Shown here in pieces: positions 59,018-64,000 of a DNA stretch of 64,000 bases. A program made the translations under genes and the position numbers. Source of the DNA: Haliotis rubra (taxonomy: Eukaryota); the NCBI RefSeq assembly GCF_003918875.1, contig NW_025767357.1, forward strand, positions 1,798,001 to 1,862,000, in the 5' to 3' direction. A model generated the notes under the pieces. The model was not told the origin of the DNA. It did no database searches and worked only from the letters and a program-made list of their open reading frames with translations. The stretch's first letter is position 1. Each line of letters begins with the position of its first letter.

Positions 59018-59164
59018 GGGGCGGTGGGTAGTCTTGTGGGTAAAGCGTTCGGACCGGGTTCGATTCCCCACATGGGTACACTGTGTGAAGCCCATTTCTG
59101 GTGTCCCCCCGCCGTGATATTGCTGGGATATTGCTAAAAGCGGCGTAAAACTAAACTCACTCAC
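59018..59164 (+). mobile_element. SINE family A
   Basis: Head, body and tail; flanks CA(G/A)CACAACA. Confidence 0.88.
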
Positions 59165-60949
59165 CAACACAACAATATTAAAATACAAGTAAATATTTTG
59201 GAACATTATATGTATCACAAGCGGTAAATCATTGTAGATTGATTGGAATTCCATGACGATCTGGCTAGTAAAAAAAACCCCCAAAAAACAAAGAAGACAA
59301 AAAAACTATCTCAAGGAAGTTAAACTGACACTGTGGATTTTGAGCTTGAAACCCGACATGAAGTAAAAGTGGGAAAGTACTAGAAAGCATCCTTGTCCAT
59401 GCCACGTGATTTCTACACGTGCTACATACACATGAAACATCCTTTCCGGATGATTGTACAGAAGCAAACAGGTGCAGCCACAGAGGGGATTACATAGCGA
59501 CACCGACATCGATTGCTTGGAAACCGTGAAGCATCAAGAATTCAGATTCGCCAGCTACAACGCGGGTTCCACTGTACCAGGTTTGCGTGTGATATGGAAC
59601 TTGTTCCCGAACTGCTGACCCAAGTCAGGCCAATCCAGGTGTTCGAGGGGTCATTCCAACTGATATCGACGCCTTTAGATTTTGTGAGTTAGGTTCCTGG
59701 TAAAGATGAAGCTCTTACTATACTTTCATGTCCAAGGGTGTTTAAAGTTTCTTTTAAAGACGCGTTATTGGATGGAGGCGTTTGCACCTCCAACCATTTA
59801 ATCAGGCTGAATTTGTCTCTCAGGTGAAATTTCTGTCTATAATAAACACTTGGATTATTCAAAATGAACTTTCAGCCAATGATAATTAGGATCTTTGCAT
59901 GTTGGCAATTCCAAATGACCAATGAACATAGCTGTAGTAAATTAACAGCCACGTGACCATGTGGGTTATCTGAAATAATATCCCGCTTTACTTCCTAGTT
60001 AATCTCTAATTTCAACACATTGTGTGTTTTTATTGATCAAAACCGTTAATAAACTGATACACTTTCATTTCAAAACAATTTTACACGCAATAGAGCACAC
60101 TTGTACCAGTTCAGGGCATATTGTAGAATTGCAGAATCGGAAAATCCATTCCATTGTAGTAGCACCCATTAGCTTTTCCTGGAATTTATCAAAAGACCGA
60201 CTGGTTTCCTAGAATCGGTTCGAGACGCAAGTTCAGTAACAGTACCGCGAGTGTTGAGCGCTGAGCGTACATGTTATACCGTTTTTGTAATCACTGTGCG
60301 AACCCTCGCGCTTATAGACACTGGCCCGGCAGTAGCACTATATAGGACCATGTTTTCTCCGTCCGTCACTAGTACTTCATTTCCAGACATGGTTAGAACT
60401 CATTGTGTAATTAGCAATCATTATGTATTAACAATTCAAGTTTGAACTCTATTATCTAGCATGAATTAATCATCATTATGTGATTAACATTTCATGTTTT
60501 CAACTTCACTTATACTGTACACTTCCTTGTTGATTGTGATGTCACATGCAGTTATGACGTCATAGTGTCAACGTCATAGTGCCATCTGTAATGATCCCGA
60601 AAGAATATCATGTGGGAAAGAATAAAGAAGCTTAAATCCATTAAATATCTTCGTCATGGTTAGACATGACAAAGACCTTTGATATGAAATATACACTGGA
60701 GATGAGAATACTGTATTTGTGATGCGAGTACCGATCTGGAATAGAAGCAAGTCTCTAATAGATGGTCTTCGTGATGCTCTTGAAATCAGTTTCACCCCCC
60801 AAATCATCTTACGTCCTTCTCACTTACCATTCCTTTTCACTCACCATTTCTTAATTTACTCAGGTGCCTCCAACGTTGATTTGTAAAAGCTTTTCTTGTT
60901 GTGCAACTCTTAAATGTGTCAGTTTTTAAGGGCTAAAGATTTATGATAC

Positions 60950-61154
60950 TGGTGATTGTTTGTTTATTTAAAGCCTCATTAAGCAATATTCCAACTATAT
61001 TGTTTGGACCAGACAAGCCAGTGATCAACAACATGAGCTTCGAACTATTAGGATATGATGTCATGTGTCAAGCCCGACCACCCAATCCCGTTAGTCGCCT
61101 CTAACGACAAGCAGGGCTTGCTGATGCCCAATTCTCACCCGGATCTTCACGGGT
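60950..61154 (-). mobile_element. SINE family B
   Basis: ACCCGTGAAGATCCGGGTGAGAATTG..GAGGCGACTAACGGGATTGGGTGGTC. Confidence 0.82.
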
Positions 61155-61687
61155 TGATGTTGATAATTTGGCCCAGAAATATATTCACTCAAACCCTATA
61201 ATTCCGTGTTGATTTTCACCAATCTTTTAAAGCGATTTTGTTTCACAAATATTCGCGTTCTATCTACCGTGCCCTTTATTTTCTTACATTGCCGATTGAA
61301 CAAACAACATACAGGAGTCGATTATGATGTGCACGCAAAGACTCACTGGTGCCAGTGTTAATGAACACACACCTTCTCGCTCTTCAAATATTTATTGTGA
61401 TTACAAAACCATTTGTTTGGATTTCCCAGCCAGTGTTTGTCCTTGTTGACACTCTCTTTGTGATGGTCACCGAGGAAAGGCGTCAGTAAAAATTATTCCG
61501 CCGGACCTATTCTTTGTTTTAATCGATCTTTTAAGTCTGTGAACATAATGGTATGTGGGTAATTTAAATGCATTTCGAAGTTTGCATACAACAATTAATC
61601 ATTTTTCGATATATGTGACTTACTGGATCCTGTTATGTTTAAATGCATTTCTATTTTTGCTTCAACTATTAATTATTTTTCGATATA

Positions 61688-62583
61688 CACTAAACGCCAA
61701 AAAGAAACGTTATCCTCCTTCCTTAATGACGGAGGTACCTATATTCAGCTGGCGTTGTGATGCGTGGACGTCCACTTCTTGGTCTGTCTACGGTGACCCC
61801 AGTCTGTCTGAAGCCCTGAATAAGTCTTATAACCGTGATACGGTGGCATCCGTGGGCGTTGGCAACAGCATTTATGTCGACCCCATCTGCACCATCCCAA
61901 TGGCTCTTTTTTTTTTCTTCAACTGTTAATCGTGGCATATTTCTCGTACTTGTGTATCATATCATGCATTCTAGTCTCTCTTTATACCCTATAGAATCAT
62001 TCTACACGTCAATTGGATGCACATACGACTTGAATATTGCTACGTTCTGGCGATTGATATTGCTATGTGTAAACAGAAAATGGAAAAATGTTACTTTGCA
62101 AGCAAAAATGTTAACAAAGATAGTTTTAGATGTTCCTAAACACTTTTTCACAATATCAAAGACACGTTTTACTTGTTTTCACTAATGCAAATCAACAGAA
62201 AATGTTTTAAAAGACTGAAATCATAGGAATGATTCTTTTACAGTTTTACACATTCTACAACAGTTGTTTCTTGTTTTAATAGTTGAAAAATGGTGACTTT
62301 AAATGGTTTATCTTTGTCTCAAAGCAGAATATTATGTCAACCTTTTTGAACATCTAAATCACTGTTATTGGTTTATTTCGGTATGGTCGAAAATAGGACA
62401 ATTTAACTGTTCTGAAAAAGATGCATTAACCTAAATATGAATGCATTTGAAAATTTTGTTTCGTGATTTGCATAAAGCTGTGTTGTTAAGCTTTCTTGCA
62501 AAATAATACCTTCTAACATAGCTTTGATAGTTTTTAAGTAATTCATAAAGGTAGGAGGGTAACGTTTCTTTTGGCGTTCAGTG
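61688..62583 (-). mobile_element. Internally deleted Tc1-like element (896 bp) with both TIRs and TA TSD
   Basis: TA|CACTAAACGCCAAAAAGAAACGTTATCCTCC ... GGAGGGTAACGTTTCTTTTGGCGTTCAGTG|TA; ORF 61723-61938 MPRLT..DRPRSGRPRITT. Confidence 0.92.
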
Positions 62584-62786
62584 TATGTGTCTTACTCGTT
62601 CCGTTATTATATTAGAAGCTTAATTCATAAACTGTCAGAAAATGTTTTACATGTCTTGCCTACACCTTGCCGAGTAACCGCGTATAGTGCAAAGCAAAAC
62701 AACAGTGAACATGTACAGTTGTTCGTGTGTTGTTTAAGGCCACAACTTCATGACGACAGTCTGTAAATAATTCAGTTTTCACCAGA

Positions 62787-63140
62787 GGTGAGGTGAAATT
62801 TTGTTTAACGTCGTGCTTGAGAATATTTCGCTCATATGACGACGTGCATGCGTGTGTATGTGTATGTGCGGCTGCTTGTACGAGCCCAGGTTTAAGCTGG
62901 TTTTATAGTGCTAGCCCACTGAGATACCATGCCGCAGTGAAGCATGAATACCCCACTCAGACACATTATACTGACTCCGAGCCGACCAGTCCTTGTTGTA
63001 CCCATTAATGCCGAGCGCCAGACAGGGACCAATAAGTACCATATTTTAACGTCTTTTGGTTTGACGCGGTTGGGGATCGAACCCGCGACCTTCCGCTCTC
63101 CGGGCGGGCGCTCTAACCACTACACCACGGAGGCGGTCTT
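62787..63140 (-). mobile_element. SINE family C, full length
   Basis: Perfect 13-bp TSD AGTTTTCACCAGA (62774-62786, 63141-63153). Confidence 0.94.
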
Positions 63141-63302
63141 AGTTTTCACCAGACAATCCAGGTATTGACATAATACACATTTACACGAATCTTTGAACAT
63201 ATAGAAGTGAACGTGTAATGCTTCTGAACGAGCCGTATCGCTTTCTTCTACATGTGCTAGCGTTAATATGACGTTTCTAATAGCAGTTCTATAATATACG
63301 AG

Positions 63303-63770
63303 TGTTACGGTTAATAATTTACCGTGACAAAAGGTTTAAGAGTCCCCTTTGAACCAGCAAAAAAGTACACAGACAAGTCTAAACTATTCAATAATATATT
63401 GAACAAACAATGAGCAAGCTACAGTGAATGACAATAAAGATTTCTAGTACAATGCAATTGAGTCACAAATCTAAAATATTGGGTCACAAATATCAAATAT
63501 CAACTCACCAGAGTCTTGACATTCACAGTGAGAACAGATATACTGATTGAAGGTTGTTTACAATGACAACAGTTGAATAGGCAAGCACGGTCAGTCTTGA
63601 CGATGTTGAGCAAACTCGTCGATGGCAGACAGATGTGTATAAATCCAGTCATGTGAAAAGACCTATCGCACAACTCAACAACCAGCCTTTATATAGCTCT
63701 TACACAGTTCTCGAGCATACTAGCAAAGCTAGGCTCCATCATTATTCTCTCAGAACATTAGGCGATTTTC
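63303..63770 (-). mobile_element. Probable solo LTR fragment
   Basis: On the minus strand a TATA box CTATATAAAGG and a 3' end ..CCGTAACA; no internal ORF; other end not found. Confidence 0.4.
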
Positions 63771-63946
63771 AGGTTCCACTACACTAAATCAGTATCACAT
63801 GCTCCCTGCGCGAGAGCCGTATGTAAACAAGTGAAGAGAGACAGAGACATGTGACAGCTGTGATTGGATGAAATAGTGTAAGATGTTTATGTTTTTTAAA
63901 AGCACGTCCAACCAGTTAAAACTGACCACAATTTTAAGTATTTGGT
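63771..63946 (+). repeat. Unclassified dispersed repeat, copy of 36668-36850
   Basis: Near-identical ~180 bp with the same 5' boundary AGGTTCCACTACAC. Confidence 0.85.
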
Positions 63947-64000
63947 GCGGAACTGGGGTTGATGTGTTTCGCTTCCTGTGCTCGCAAAACGAGCCGGACA

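Overview
Eukaryotic (animal) genomic DNA, most likely a gastropod mollusc such as abalone; that assignment is inferred from the SINE families and the receptor type, not proven. The only host genes are a tandem cluster of seven Cys-loop (nicotinic acetylcholine receptor-like) subunit genes, each with an intron-free coding region. Four group A paralogues lie on the minus strand (about 4.9, 9.4, 15.2 and 21.2 kb; the fourth has a 1-nt frameshift). Three group B paralogues lie on the plus strand (about 26.4, 33.2 and 51.9 kb), and the 3' remnant of an eighth, group B gene survives at 19.8 kb. All keep a signal peptide, the C-x13-C loop, four TM helices and a cation-type GEK motif before M2. All lack the loop-C vicinal cysteines and most or all aromatic-box residues used to bind acetylcholine, which makes the cluster a candidate chemosensory ion-channel array comparable to cephalopod chemotactile receptors. 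Flanking homologies indicate that the ancestral duplicating unit was a head-to-head A/B gene pair, later reshaped by deletion, unequal crossover and gene conversion. The rest of the window is repeats: several SINE families, L2-like fragments, a Nimb/I-like LINE, Tc1/mariner relics, MITEs, Kolobok-, Ginger- and THAP-type fragments, minisatellites and a candidate hammerhead-ribozyme repeat. Repeat boundaries were read by eye and are approximate unless a TSD or TIR is quoted.
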